A stretch of 64,000 nt of DNA from Candidatus Bathyarchaeum sp. (GCA_020344315.1 CP070820.1:109605-173604); one strand, 5' to 3'; counted from the stretch's first letter, positions 9,390 through 18,260 are shown. Made by a program: numbers and translations. The notes: generated by a model not told the origin, from the sequence alone.

Positions 9390-9676
9390 TGGAGTTCTCC
9401 TATAGTTTAGGAGCTTCTTACAAGTATTAAGTCTTGCGTCTTAATAAAGCATACTATAGATCAGCTGTTCACATCTTCAAACATCAAAACACCTTACCAT
9501 AACGTAATGAGGAGATAGTTGAGGGGAAGCAATAATATTTAGGTTGAAACAAGGCAATTTGCTGCTTCTCCGTTGCTGCTGTCAACAAAGTAACGTTGCT
9601 TTTAGTGAAAAAACCATCAAATTAATTATTTTTTCGGGACAGGTTGTTTGTATATGTAGACGCTTTTCTGGAAAGT

Positions 9677-10249
9677 TCAGAGACGGGATTTACAGGTTAT
9701 CTCTTTTATTCTCAGATCAAAGAAAGCATGCGTGTTGCTTGGCTTCAAAACTACGGCGGTGTCTGCTCCACCCCCAGTGCCGCCGATGGCAATGGCTTCC
9801 TCATCTGTTTTGATTAGACCCGCGTCGGCTGCCATGCAAGCTACCTCGCAAGCAACTTTTACTCCCTGACCGAAAAGGCGAAGAACATTTGAGACGATTC
9901 CGTCAACTTGGAGGGTCCCAAACTTTTTGTTGACTGCTCTGCCCAGGGTGCCAAAGGCATGTGCAGTTGTTAGGATTTTCGCGCCGTTTCTTTCAATGAT
10001 GCTACGATTCTTGGGAAGAAATTCTTGAAAATTAGGCTTCCTGAATCCGGTAACATGTGTTACCACTACAACATTGTAGCCCTTGAAGACTTCGGAGGCC
10101 TTAATGCCGGTCTCACCTGTTGTCGAAGCCACGACGATGTTTTGGATACCAAGCTCTTCAGCTCGCTCTTTTGCCAACTTGAAGGTTTCTTCAGTGTTTT
10201 CGGGTCCAGATTTCTCGAAATATACTGTCTTACAAACAATTTTTGCCAT
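9677..10249 (-). CDS. Stand-alone pyruvate-kinase C-terminal (alpha/beta) domain-like protein
   Basis: Sequence pattern YFEKSGPENTEETFKLAKERAEELGI..IVVASTTGETG...GQGVKVACEVACMAADAGLI...AIGGTGGGADTAVVLKP is typical of the archaeal PK_C-only family. Start taken at MAKIV; the ORF track starts 15 nt further upstream at 10264. Confidence 0.7.
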   Translation of the reverse strand: MAKIVCKTVYFEKSGPENTEETFKLAKERAEELGIQNIVVASTTGETGIKASEVFKGYNVVVVTHVTGFRKPNFQEFLPKNRSIIERNGAKILTTAHAFGTLGRAVNKKFGTLQVDGIVSNVLRLFGQGVKVACEVACMAADAGLIKTDEEAIAIGGTGGGADTAVVLKPSNTHAFFDLRIKEITCKSRL

Positions 10250-10356
10250 ACCAAGCAGCTCCAATTAACTCTTAATGTTTCAGGGTGCCATGTAATTGAT
10301 TGAACGGGCTTATATTTGTTATAAAAGTTGTTTCTATACATTCAATGTGTTCTGCT

Positions 10357-10413
10357 GGTTTTTCAGAAAAAAGACTGTTTTCAACATAGCACTGTTATTA
10401 GGCTCCTAATATG
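10357..10413 (+). repeat. Dispersed intergenic repeat, copy A (57 bp)
   Basis: GGTTTTTCAGAAAAAAGACTGTTTTCAACATAGCACTGTTATTAGGCTCCTAATATG. 50 of 57 positions are identical to copy D by hand alignment. Contains the palindrome ATTAGG-CT-CCTAAT. Confidence 0.8.
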
Positions 10414-10445
10414 CTCGGGAATGTGGACAGCAAATCATAATCTTG

Positions 10446-10505
10446 CTTGGAAAAACAGGAAAAAGCTAGTTTACAACAATGAAGTATCATTAGGCTCCTA
10501 ATATG
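10446..10505 (+). repeat. Dispersed intergenic repeat, copy B (more diverged 5' half)
   Basis: CTTGGAAAAACAGGAAAAAGCTAGTTTACAACAATGAAGTATCATTAGGCTCCTAATATG. The 3' half, including ATTAGGCTCCTAATATG, is identical to copy A. Same orientation, about 90 bp downstream of copy A. Confidence 0.7.
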
Positions 10506-10655
10506 ATTGTTGAGATTTGGGTTAAAACAATCAAAAAATTCGTGCCAAGTGACTTGAATAAGTTTTTACGCAGGTACTACTACTCTATCTGAAAGGCGCT
10601 GTGGAATAGTGACAAGGCTGATCTTCTCCACTAGGAGATTAAGTGAGGTATAGGA

Positions 10656-11723
10656 TTGGTTTACGGCGAAAAAAGCGATGTCTTCAGCATTCAGACAATA
10701 AATCTAACTAAGAGATTTGCCAAAAAGAAGCATAGAGGCTTTTTCAGTTTTCTGCGAAGAGAACAATCAAAGAAAAATAATGCAGTTACAGTGGCCTTGG
10801 ACAAAGTCAACATCAAAATCCGTCCCAGAGAACTCTTCGGACTCCTTGGACCAAACGGGTCTGGAAAAACTACAATGATTAAATGCTTGTCCACAATCTT
10901 GATTCCAGACGAAGGCACGGCTATCGTAAACGGCTTCGACATTCGCAAAGAAACATCCATGGTCCGAGCAAGTTTAGGAATGGTCGTGGGCGGGGAGAGA
11001 ACATTATACTGGAAGCTAACAGCCAGAGACAACCTCATGTACTTCTCTTCGTTATACAAGATGCATAAAAGACATGCAAAGGACAGAATCGAAGAACTCC
11101 TAGAAACTTTGCAGCTCTCTGAGCGAGCTGACGAGAGGCTAGAGGACTACAGCACAGGAATGAGACAGAAAGTCGCCATAGCACGAGCCCTACTGCATGA
11201 TCCACCGATCTTGCTCTTGGATGAGCCTACCTTAGGTTTAGACCCAGGTTTTGCGAGGCAGATCCGGAACCAAATAAGAGACCTTTCAAAGAAGCAGGGA
11301 AAAACAGTTCTTCTAACCACCCATTATATGGACGAAGCTGATCAACTGTGCGATCGAGTAGCCTTCATTAATAACGGTGAAATCGTCGCAGTTGACACCC
11401 CAAACAGGCTCAAGGCCATGGTGAAAGAGACCGAGCTTGTGGAAGTGAGTGTTTACCGTCCACCAGCAGACATCGAAAAACAACTCCGTTCCCTGTTGCC
11501 CGAGGCGGAAGTTGTCAAGCTTATTCCCGGCGATGAGGCTGAGGGAGTTCCTTCGAGAATCAAGATAATTGGGGGAACCACAGAAGAGCACGTGGGAAAA
11601 ATCATTGATGCACTCAGACAAAAGAACATTCGTATTGGCAGTTTAAACGTTGGTGTACCTACGCTTGAAGACGTTTTCATAAAATTAACTGGCGCAAAAC
11701 TAACTGAGGGGGGAATGCAATAG
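10656..11723 (+). CDS. ABC transporter ATP-binding protein (ABC-2/drug-exporter type)
   Basis: Walker A GPNGSGKTT, signature YSTGMRQK, Walker B ILLLDEPT. Followed by two ABC-2 permease genes. Confidence 0.9.
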   Translation: MVYGEKSDVFSIQTINLTKRFAKKKHRGFFSFLRREQSKKNNAVTVALDKVNIKIRPRELFGLLGPNGSGKTTMIKCLSTILIPDEGTAIVNGFDIRKETSMVRASLGMVVGGERTLYWKLTARDNLMYFSSLYKMHKRHAKDRIEELLETLQLSERADERLEDYSTGMRQKVAIARALLHDPPILLLDEPTLGLDPGFARQIRNQIRDLSKKQGKTVLLTTHYMDEADQLCDRVAFINNGEIVAVDTPNRLKAMVKETELVEVSVYRPPADIEKQLRSLLPEAEVVKLIPGDEAEGVPSRIKIIGGTTEEHVGKIIDALRQKNIRIGSLNVGVPTLEDVFIKLTGAKLTEGGMQ

Positions 11724-11726
11724 ATA

Positions 11727-12578
11727 TTGGAAACCGTATATCAGCAGTCTCCGTTGCGTAGCAATCTTTCTGTTGTCTGGAATGAACTGGTTAAAAACAT
11801 CAAGTTCCTTCTAGCCTATCCCGTCATCATCGTTTTCTGGGCTATATTTCCCATTTTCTGGTTTATTCCCTTCATCCTTCAGGGACAAGCCTTCGTAGGC
11901 GGTTTAACGAGCGAAAGTTTTGCTCAGGCAACTGGAACCTCAGAGTTCATTCCCTTTATTGTGATAGGCGCAGTCCTCAACAGTTACGTAGGTACTCTGC
12001 TTAACGGCATGGGAGACAATATAAGACGCGAAGCACTGCAAGGAACACTCGACTACGTGCTTGCAGCTCCCTGTAACAAAGCTTCTGTGCTTATCGGAAA
12101 AGCCCTGAGTGAAAGCCTATCCAGCACAATCTTTGCAATAAGCCAACTCGCCATCTCTACGCTCCTCTTCGGATTAGGAATAAGCTTAGGCGTGATGCTT
12201 CCGGTATTTTTCATAATCATCTTGCTCATACTGGGATTGTACGGCTTATCCCTCATCTTTGCTGCCTTGTCTCTTATGTACAAGCAATCCCATGGTTTCG
12301 GGCAGACTGTGGGATATGTTTTTTACGTTTTCTCTCCCGTGCGCTATCCTATTGAGAGCTTGCCCTTTTGGGCTCAGATCTTCGGTAAGCTTCTTCCTCT
12401 CACATACGCCATCATCATTGTGAGGAGCCTCATGCTCTTAGGAGCTGACCTATCAGCCCTCTACGTGGAGGTGCTGGTGCTTCTAATCATTGATGTTGTC
12501 TTGATACTTGCTGGCTTCTATCTGTTTAATTGGATGGAAGAGAAAACTAAGAAATCTGGAACCATAAGCCACCATTAG
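11727..12578 (+). CDS. ABC-2 type transporter permease
   Basis: Six-TM-type hydrophobic protein immediately after the ATPase gene (TTG start 3 nt after its stop). Confidence 0.75.
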   Translation: METVYQQSPLRSNLSVVWNELVKNIKFLLAYPVIIVFWAIFPIFWFIPFILQGQAFVGGLTSESFAQATGTSEFIPFIVIGAVLNSYVGTLLNGMGDNIRREALQGTLDYVLAAPCNKASVLIGKALSESLSSTIFAISQLAISTLLFGLGISLGVMLPVFFIIILLILGLYGLSLIFAALSLMYKQSHGFGQTVGYVFYVFSPVRYPIESLPFWAQIFGKLLPLTYAIIIVRSLMLLGADLSALYVEVLVLLIIDVVLILAGFYLFNWMEEKTKKSGTISHH

Positions 12579-12589
12579 GAGAAAAAAGA

Positions 12590-13483
12590 TTGGATAACAA
12601 CAATGAAGATTACCGGTTGCGGGAAGTCAAATGTCCGACAGGATTCAACTGGAGCAACCTAAAGGCTGAATTAAGGGCAGTCTGGGCAGCCAACATTAAA
12701 GATTGGAAAATCGAGTTTGCATACCCGGAGAGTTTCTTCCGCCAACTGATTTCTCCCCTCGTCTTCCTCCTGCCTTTCCTCCTATATGGCCTTGTTTTAG
12801 TTGGAGGGAGATACAGCGATGATCTGGCACAGCTTGTTGGAACAGGAGATATCGTTACTTTCATTTTCACCGGTTACATGCTGATGGGATTCATAGGAAC
12901 AGCAGTTTGGGCAATGGGATTCAGCATAAGGATGGAAAGATGGTTTGGAACCTTGGAGGCAATATATGTGACACCTACCAGCCGCTTGGGTCAAGTCTTG
13001 GGCATGGCTTTGCACAGCACAATTCATCAGAGCATAGGTACCCTCATCCAGTTCATCGTCATATACCTCACCTTCGGTTTAGCATTGAAGATAGAGGGAA
13101 TCTTGCCTGCTTTGGGGATTTTTGCCCTGATGATGATTGCTCTCTACGGCTTTGGCATAGTGGTCTCCGCTGTAGGCTTACTCTTAAAGGAGGGCTGGAT
13201 GGTTTCTGACGGTCTCTACAGTATTATGATGATTCTCTCCCCTGTGGCTTATCCCCTGACTGTACTTCCCACCGTGGCTCAACAGATAAGCACCGCATTT
13301 CCAACAGCGCCAGCACTGATTGGAATGCGAAGTTTCCTGATGGAGGGCTATCAGCCAGAAGTGATTATCAACGTATTTTTGCATCTCATAGTGCTGGGTG
13401 CAGTCTGGATTCTCTTCGGCATACTTGTGTTTCGTTTAGTAGACGTTTATGTGCGAAAAAGGGGTATGCTCAAAAAATTCTAA
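12590..13483 (+). CDS. ABC-2 type transporter permease (second subunit)
   Basis: Hydrophobic protein paralogous in layout to the preceding permease. Same operon. Confidence 0.75.
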   Translation: MDNNNEDYRLREVKCPTGFNWSNLKAELRAVWAANIKDWKIEFAYPESFFRQLISPLVFLLPFLLYGLVLVGGRYSDDLAQLVGTGDIVTFIFTGYMLMGFIGTAVWAMGFSIRMERWFGTLEAIYVTPTSRLGQVLGMALHSTIHQSIGTLIQFIVIYLTFGLALKIEGILPALGIFALMMIALYGFGIVVSAVGLLLKEGWMVSDGLYSIMMILSPVAYPLTVLPTVAQQISTAFPTAPALIGMRSFLMEGYQPEVIINVFLHLIVLGAVWILFGILVFRLVDVYVRKRGMLKKF

Positions 13484-13510
13484 CTTCATCACTCAAATTG
13501 AGGAGCCAAT

Positions 13511-14095
13511 ATGATCTACGTTTACCATCAAAAGATGAAGGATGTTTGGTATGGCGCCGCCGTGAAGGAAGACAAAGTTCTTGCCACCAACTTTTCATTT
13601 GAAGAAGAGGATTTGGGGCGCCTTCTGAGAAGGTTACCGTCTGATGTTTCGTTTCAGATTGTAGAGGAACCTAATCAGCTGCTAACTGATGTTCTGGGAG
13701 CTTTGGAGGAGATTTTCAGCGGAGAGGACCGGGGCTCATGTGGATTCAAGTTAGCCATGGATCATCTTTCCAGCTACACAAGAAAGGTGCTTGATTGCAC
13801 GCGTCTGGTTCCTGTTGGATACGTGACAACGTATGGTGCCGTAGCCAAGGTTGCGGGGGGAATCGCGAGGTCTGTGGGACGTGTTGAGGCATCAAATCCT
13901 TTTCCTTTATTGGTTCCCTGTCACAGGGTTGTGCGTTCTGATTTGAGTATAGGCGGCTACGGATACGGAATGCAGGTTAAGTTGGGGCTTCTTAGGAGGG
14001 AGGAGAGAGGCTACGAAGAACCGAGGACGCCAAAGGTGGCGGGTGGAGAACTGTTACTGTTTCCAGCAGAGCGGGTGAAACAAAATGTTATATGA
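13511..14095 (+). CDS. ogt: Methylated-DNA--protein-cysteine methyltransferase family protein
   Basis: Active-site motif VPCHRVV, preceded by the YGAVA...NPFPLLVPCHRV pattern typical of the MGMT DNA-binding domain. Confidence 0.8.
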   Translation: MIYVYHQKMKDVWYGAAVKEDKVLATNFSFEEEDLGRLLRRLPSDVSFQIVEEPNQLLTDVLGALEEIFSGEDRGSCGFKLAMDHLSSYTRKVLDCTRLVPVGYVTTYGAVAKVAGGIARSVGRVEASNPFPLLVPCHRVVRSDLSIGGYGYGMQVKLGLLRREERGYEEPRTPKVAGGELLLFPAERVKQNVI

Positions 14096-14131
14096 TTGCT
14101 CGTTTTAACGTGCTGCTGAAGGTGATTTGAT

Positions 14132-14287
14132 TTGAAAGAATATGATTGTGTGCAAGTTGGTCATCACAAAAGAGTTGGTGAAGTGATTGAGAAATATCAA
14201 ATGAAGGGATGGCGTCTCCACACCTATCAGGCTCAGGGGTCTCCAACCATCGTTAACCACTATTTGCTGTTTGAACGGGACCGATAA
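14132..14287 (+). CDS. Small conserved-looking hypothetical protein (51 aa), not in the ORF track
   Basis: Hand translation: (M)KEYDCVQVGHHKRVGEVIEKYQMKGWRLHTYQAQGSPTIVNHYLLFERDR. TTG start is preceded by GAAGGTGAT, which matches the archaeal anti-SD complement, at 7-nt spacing. The minus-strand 62-aa ORF listed here looks spurious. Confidence 0.5.
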   Translation: MKEYDCVQVGHHKRVGEVIEKYQMKGWRLHTYQAQGSPTIVNHYLLFERDR

Positions 14288-14407
14288 TTCCAACTAGAAT
14301 TGTCAAGCAACCGCAATAACATGCTGGGAACTGAATTGCCCCTCAATTAGCGTTAAGTTAAAGTTCATATATACAATCATTGTTAGATTCTTCGAAGGGG
14401 AGAGAAG

Positions 14408-14935
14408 ATGGTGAAGCGCGGGGTCTTTGTGGGAAGATTTCAGCCCTTTCATAAAGGGCACCTAGGAGCCATAAAAAAAATCGCGGATAAGGTCGATGAA
14501 CTAGTCATAATTGTTGGTAGTTCCCAGTATAGCCACAGGCTCGATAATCCTTTTACCGCTGGCGAGCGCATCACCATGATTCGAAAGGCACTGGAGGAAG
14601 AGGGAATTCAGTTGTCGAGAGTCTGGATTATACCGGTGCCGGATGTTCATCAGCATATGCTCTGGGTCTACCAGATTGTGGGTTACTGTCCAAAGTTTGA
14701 TGTGGTCTATACTAACGAGCCGTTGACTTGTAGGCTCTTTATGGAAGCTGGTTTTAGAGTTGAGCAGGTGCCTCCGATAAGGCGGGAGGTGTATTTGGCT
14801 ACGGAGATTCGGAAACGTATGTTAGCTGGAGGAGAATGGGAGGAACTTGTCCCAAGCAGCGTTGCCAGTTACATAAAAGAGATTGAGGGTGATGTGCGGC
14901 TTCGGGACCTAAACAAAACTGATACGGTGGACTAG
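14408..14935 (+). CDS. nadM: Nicotinamide-nucleotide adenylyltransferase (archaeal NMNAT)
   Basis: N-terminal GRFQPFHKGH nucleotidyltransferase motif and overall archaeal NMNAT pattern, 175 aa. Confidence 0.9.
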   Translation: MVKRGVFVGRFQPFHKGHLGAIKKIADKVDELVIIVGSSQYSHRLDNPFTAGERITMIRKALEEEGIQLSRVWIIPVPDVHQHMLWVYQIVGYCPKFDVVYTNEPLTCRLFMEAGFRVEQVPPIRREVYLATEIRKRMLAGGEWEELVPSSVASYIKEIEGDVRLRDLNKTDTVD

Positions 14936-15750
14936 ATTACTCCAGTTGTGACTTTTTCCTTTTTTGAGATGAACGAGTTATAGATGTATCTTGCTGCTAG
15001 AGAAGTTAGCCAGCCGCTGACCACTAAGACAGTAGCGGGGAAACCGTTGGTCAAGGGGACATAGTTTAGTAGAACTGTCTGAAGCAGCAGGTAGACTATG
15101 GTCATCAGGATTGTGGAGTTTAGTCCAAATTTTTTTCCGTATTTTCTTGTGTTTTGGATGCTGAGTAGTCCAAAGAGGAAGATGTCGCCTAATCCGAGAT
15201 AGGTTGTCCCCATTGTTGGGAATGTTGGTAGTTTGATGAATGCAGGTATTCCTAGTTTTTGTGCTGTTTCAAAGGCTCCTTCCATGTGTCCTGTAATTAG
15301 AACTTGAATGATGTCCATGATAGTCACTAGAGCAGCAAAGGCAACAGTTGTTTTCCACGTGAATAGAACTCCCATGTAAACTGCAATGGCGATGCCGAAG
15401 AGTATGGCGAAAAGATTGAAGGTGTAGATGTTCCAGAAATAGAAGAACGATAAAATGAATAGAACAGCCGGCACTGCTGCAAGATACCATTTTGACACAA
15501 TCAGATAGGTGAACAGGAAGAGAATTGCTGTGTAAGCGAAGAGGAAGAGACCCAGCAGAGCATGTTGGGGGATAGCTATGATTACGGTTACCATTGTGCC
15601 TATAGCTGCTACCAACAATATGGCGTGTTTTGGTCGGAGTTCTTTTCCGCCGACTAGGTAGTTAACCTTCTTGTCTAGTCTAGAGTAGAGAAAGATTGCA
15701 ATCATTGCTATCAGAAAGAGAACTGATGGAAGGAAAACATCAACTATCAT
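14932..15750 (-). CDS. Presenilin/signal-peptide-peptidase-like intramembrane aspartyl protease candidate
   Basis: Polytopic membrane protein. An Asp in a TM segment (TIMDIIQV) is followed about 40 aa later by LGLGDIFLFG (GxGD motif). A PAL-like GFPATV follows about 50 aa after that. Confidence 0.55.
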   Translation of the reverse strand: MIVDVFLPSVLFLIAMIAIFLYSRLDKKVNYLVGGKELRPKHAILLVAAIGTMVTVIIAIPQHALLGLFLFAYTAILFLFTYLIVSKWYLAAVPAVLFILSFFYFWNIYTFNLFAILFGIAIAVYMGVLFTWKTTVAFAALVTIMDIIQVLITGHMEGAFETAQKLGIPAFIKLPTFPTMGTTYLGLGDIFLFGLLSIQNTRKYGKKFGLNSTILMTIVYLLLQTVLLNYVPLTNGFPATVLVVSGWLTSLAARYIYNSFISKKEKVTTGVI

Positions 15751-15862
15751 GCCAGCAGATATAGAAACCCCTAAAGATTTACCTATCGGTCAACCAGAAA
15801 CAAAAGACACACCAAGTATGCATATATACGGCGGGGTGTTTGCTTTTGAGGATGATTCATAA

Positions 15863-16450
15863 ATGAGAAAACTGCCTAAGCTGACGCCCACAATCTTTCT
15901 GGTCACGGCAAACATAGTTGTTTACATCTTCACTTCGGTGGTTGGCGGAGATTTCATCCAAACAAGCGACAGCGTCCTCCTTCAGTATGGACAATTCAAT
16001 CTCAGCGTATGGAACGGCTGGTTCTGGCAGCTCTTAACCTCCATCTTCGTCCACGTGGACATAATCCACCTTGGCCTAAACACATTATTCCTAATAATAT
16101 TCGGTTTCAGAGCCGAAGAACTCTTCACCACACCAGAATACTTTTTCGTCTACATGCTCTCAGGACTTTCAGGCAGCCTGCTAACCCTCTTTCTGATGTC
16201 CCCCTTAACCCTTTCCGCCGGGGCTTCGGGAGCAATATTCGGAATGTACGGCGCAGGCATCATATACATGCGAAAAACATTCGGTCAATCCATTGTAGGA
16301 GCATTGCTCTACTCATTTCTACTCTTGCTGCTGACCATGGGCACAGGCGTCAACATAGTCGCCCACTTCGGCGGTCTCGCAGCAGGCTTGATAATCGGTT
16401 ACGCCTTAGCAAGATCTCGCAGAGAGATTCTTTGGATAGAAGAGTATTGA
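15863..16450 (+). CDS. Rhomboid family intramembrane serine protease
   Basis: Motifs FVHVDIIHLGLN, GASGAIFG (catalytic GxSG) and AHFGGLAAG (catalytic His). Six-TM layout. Confidence 0.85.
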   Translation: MRKLPKLTPTIFLVTANIVVYIFTSVVGGDFIQTSDSVLLQYGQFNLSVWNGWFWQLLTSIFVHVDIIHLGLNTLFLIIFGFRAEELFTTPEYFFVYMLSGLSGSLLTLFLMSPLTLSAGASGAIFGMYGAGIIYMRKTFGQSIVGALLYSFLLLLLTMGTGVNIVAHFGGLAAGLIIGYALARSRREILWIEEY

Positions 16451-16461
16451 GGGGCTGAAAT

Positions 16462-17265
16462 TTAGTTGGATGCTGCCCCAGAGATACGAAAAGGTTCCCC
16501 AACCTCTGCCTTGAAAGTTTTTGAAGCACTTCCCTGATTGAGAGCCACTTCAATAAAGTCGCTGCTACCGACTAATGCCAAAGCTGTGCCATCTGGAACT
16601 TCACCATATGCAGAACAAAACTGCAGAATCAAAGTTTTGTCGCCGAGCCTAACAAGAAGCGAATCTCCCTTATGAAATCCCTCACTCTGAAGGTCTTCTA
16701 CTGAAATGTTGCTCACGATGTTGCCGAAATCGTCTATGTGAAGAACCTCTCCAACCACTTCACCCTCTCTTGCTTGTGGCTTCACGAATTCAGGGAAAAC
16801 GTAGTCTTGGATTGCTGGTCCAAACTCAGAGGGGCCTGTTCCAGCTGCTAGATGCGCTGCTGCTGGGGCGAAGATGTCCCTTCCGTGAAAAGTTCTTGAC
16901 ACTCTGGACAGCATATATTTTGGGTTATCGATGTGGTAAACCTTGATTATGCCTTCTTTCTGGGCAGCCAGCATCAGGAGACCATTGTCGGGACCCACAT
17001 AAAAGCCCCGTTTAGTTTCGACAATTATAGAGCGCCTCTTTGTTCCTACACCAGGGTCTACGACTGCCACGTGAACTGTGTTCGGGGGAAAGTAGGGGGT
17101 GGCTGAGGCTAGGATAAAGGCGCCCATGCGGATGTTAAACTTATCAACTTCGTGAGTTATGTCCACGACAGAGGCTTCTGAGTTAATGGAGAGAATCACG
17201 GCTTTCATTTCTGCCACGTAAGGGTCCTTTGAACCGAAATCCGAGAGCAAAGTAATTACTGACAT
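16462..17265 (-). CDS. SAM hydroxide adenosyltransferase / SAM hydrolase (DUF62 family)
   Basis: N-terminus ITLLSDFGSKDPYVAEMKAVI...VVDPGVGTKRR is the hallmark of the DUF62 / fluorinase-chlorinase-like family. Confidence 0.85.
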   Translation of the reverse strand: MSVITLLSDFGSKDPYVAEMKAVILSINSEASVVDITHEVDKFNIRMGAFILASATPYFPPNTVHVAVVDPGVGTKRRSIIVETKRGFYVGPDNGLLMLAAQKEGIIKVYHIDNPKYMLSRVSRTFHGRDIFAPAAAHLAAGTGPSEFGPAIQDYVFPEFVKPQAREGEVVGEVLHIDDFGNIVSNISVEDLQSEGFHKGDSLLVRLGDKTLILQFCSAYGEVPDGTALALVGSSDFIEVALNQGSASKTFKAEVGEPFRISGAASN

Positions 17266-17302
17266 AGAACCTGACCTTGAATTTAATGATGAAAATTGCA
17301 GT

Positions 17303-17336
17303 ATTTAATAACTGTTCTCAGAAACATGTTACTGAG
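17303..17336. promoter_or_regulatory. Divergent promoter region: TATA-like ATTTAATA plus a 20-bp near-perfect palindrome
   Basis: ATTTAATA at 17303-17310 lies about 36 nt from both divergent start codons (17265 and 17346). CTCAGAAACATGTTACTGAG at 17317-17336 is palindromic except for one mismatched pair. It sits where the plus-strand transcription start would fall. Confidence 0.35.
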
Positions 17337-17345
17337 TGAAAAGCC

Positions 17346-18119
17346 TTGCAAAAAGGTGAAGTGGTCTCCCTGAAAGGACTCCGGGAAAAGAAGTACTGTC
17401 AGGTTCTGTGTTATCCGAGGTGCGAACCAGAGGATTTGGGGAGACGTCTCACAGAACTGGAGAGGCTCAAAGTTAATGCTGTGGAATTCACTGGAGAGAA
17501 GAGAGTCTTTGAGGTGCCGGTTCTGGGGAAAGGCTGCGTGGGCATTGTTGTTGTAGCCTATACGAGTTTGGGGAGAGCAGCTTTGAAAATTCGCAGAGTT
17601 GATGCTGACCGGAAGGGAATGTTCCATGAAGGGGAGATGCTGAAAAGAGCGAACGCAGTCAAGGTTGGACCGCAATTACTTGAGGTTAGCGAAAATTTTC
17701 TTCTCATGGAGTTCATTGAAGGAATCCACCTTCCTCAATGGATTGAATCATTGTGGGGAAGTGATGTGCAGTCGCGTTTTCGCATGGTTTTGCATAATGT
17801 TTTCGAGCAGTGTTACAGGCTTGATGAGGCTGGTTTGGATCATGGAGAGCTGAGCAATGCGCCGAAACACATACTCGTTGACGCCGATGACCAGCCATTT
17901 CTGGTAGATTTTGAGACAGCCAGCACCAACAGGAAAGTCTCAAACGTCACATCAGTCTGCCAATATCTCTTCTTCAGAAGCCAAGTCGCAGAGAAAGTAA
18001 AGATAAAACTAGGCAAAATTGACGAGAAAGAACTGATAAAGACATTACGAACTTACAAACGTGAACGGACAAGAGAAAAATTTGAAAAAATTCTGAAAAA
18101 ATGCCGACTTCAGGAATAA
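17346..18119 (+). CDS. Putative Ser/Thr protein kinase, RIO/Bud32-like (archaeal small kinase)
   Basis: Gly-rich loop VLGKGCVGIVVVA, Lys in ALKIRR, catalytic-loop-like LDHGELSNAPKHILV, and LVDFETAS (DFG-like). The exact start (TTG) is uncertain. Confidence 0.6.
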   Translation: MQKGEVVSLKGLREKKYCQVLCYPRCEPEDLGRRLTELERLKVNAVEFTGEKRVFEVPVLGKGCVGIVVVAYTSLGRAALKIRRVDADRKGMFHEGEMLKRANAVKVGPQLLEVSENFLLMEFIEGIHLPQWIESLWGSDVQSRFRMVLHNVFEQCYRLDEAGLDHGELSNAPKHILVDADDQPFLVDFETASTNRKVSNVTSVCQYLFFRSQVAEKVKIKLGKIDEKELIKTLRTYKRERTREKFEKILKKCRLQE

Positions 18120-18260
18120 TCAGAAAATACATATCTCCAGTCTGGCCCGAGTCTCAACAGGCTAATAATTTCAGTCTTTCTAAAATTCTGCCGACGGAAA
18201 AAACATAAAACAGCTTATGCCGTAAACGTAGGTTCATAACAAAAATGGAAAGGTGAACAT

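Noticed and set aside
9544-9813. 89-aa Cys-rich plus-strand ORF upstream of and overlapping the PK_C-like gene end.
   Set aside because: It overlaps the 3' end of a well-supported minus-strand gene. Its composition (CCCQQ..., RRC) looks like noise.
10357-10386. The 5' arm of the dispersed element (GTTTTTCAGAAAAAAGACTGTTTTCAAC) looks superficially like a CRISPR repeat: GTTT... start, ...TTCAAC end, about 28 nt.
   Set aside because: Only single copies or one pair occur, with about 90-bp spacing. Conservation extends about 30 nt beyond the putative repeat into what would be spacer. There is no array and there are no cas genes in the window.
16009-16458. 149-aa Arg/Pro-rich alternative-frame ORF inside the rhomboid gene.
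   Set aside because: It lies on the same strand in a different frame from a protein with clear rhomboid catalytic motifs. Its composition is typical of off-frame translation.
17283-17675. 130-aa minus-strand ORF overlapping the kinase gene start and the divergent promoter.
   Set aside because: It overlaps a motif-supported plus-strand gene and the intergenic promoter, and it has no recognisable features.
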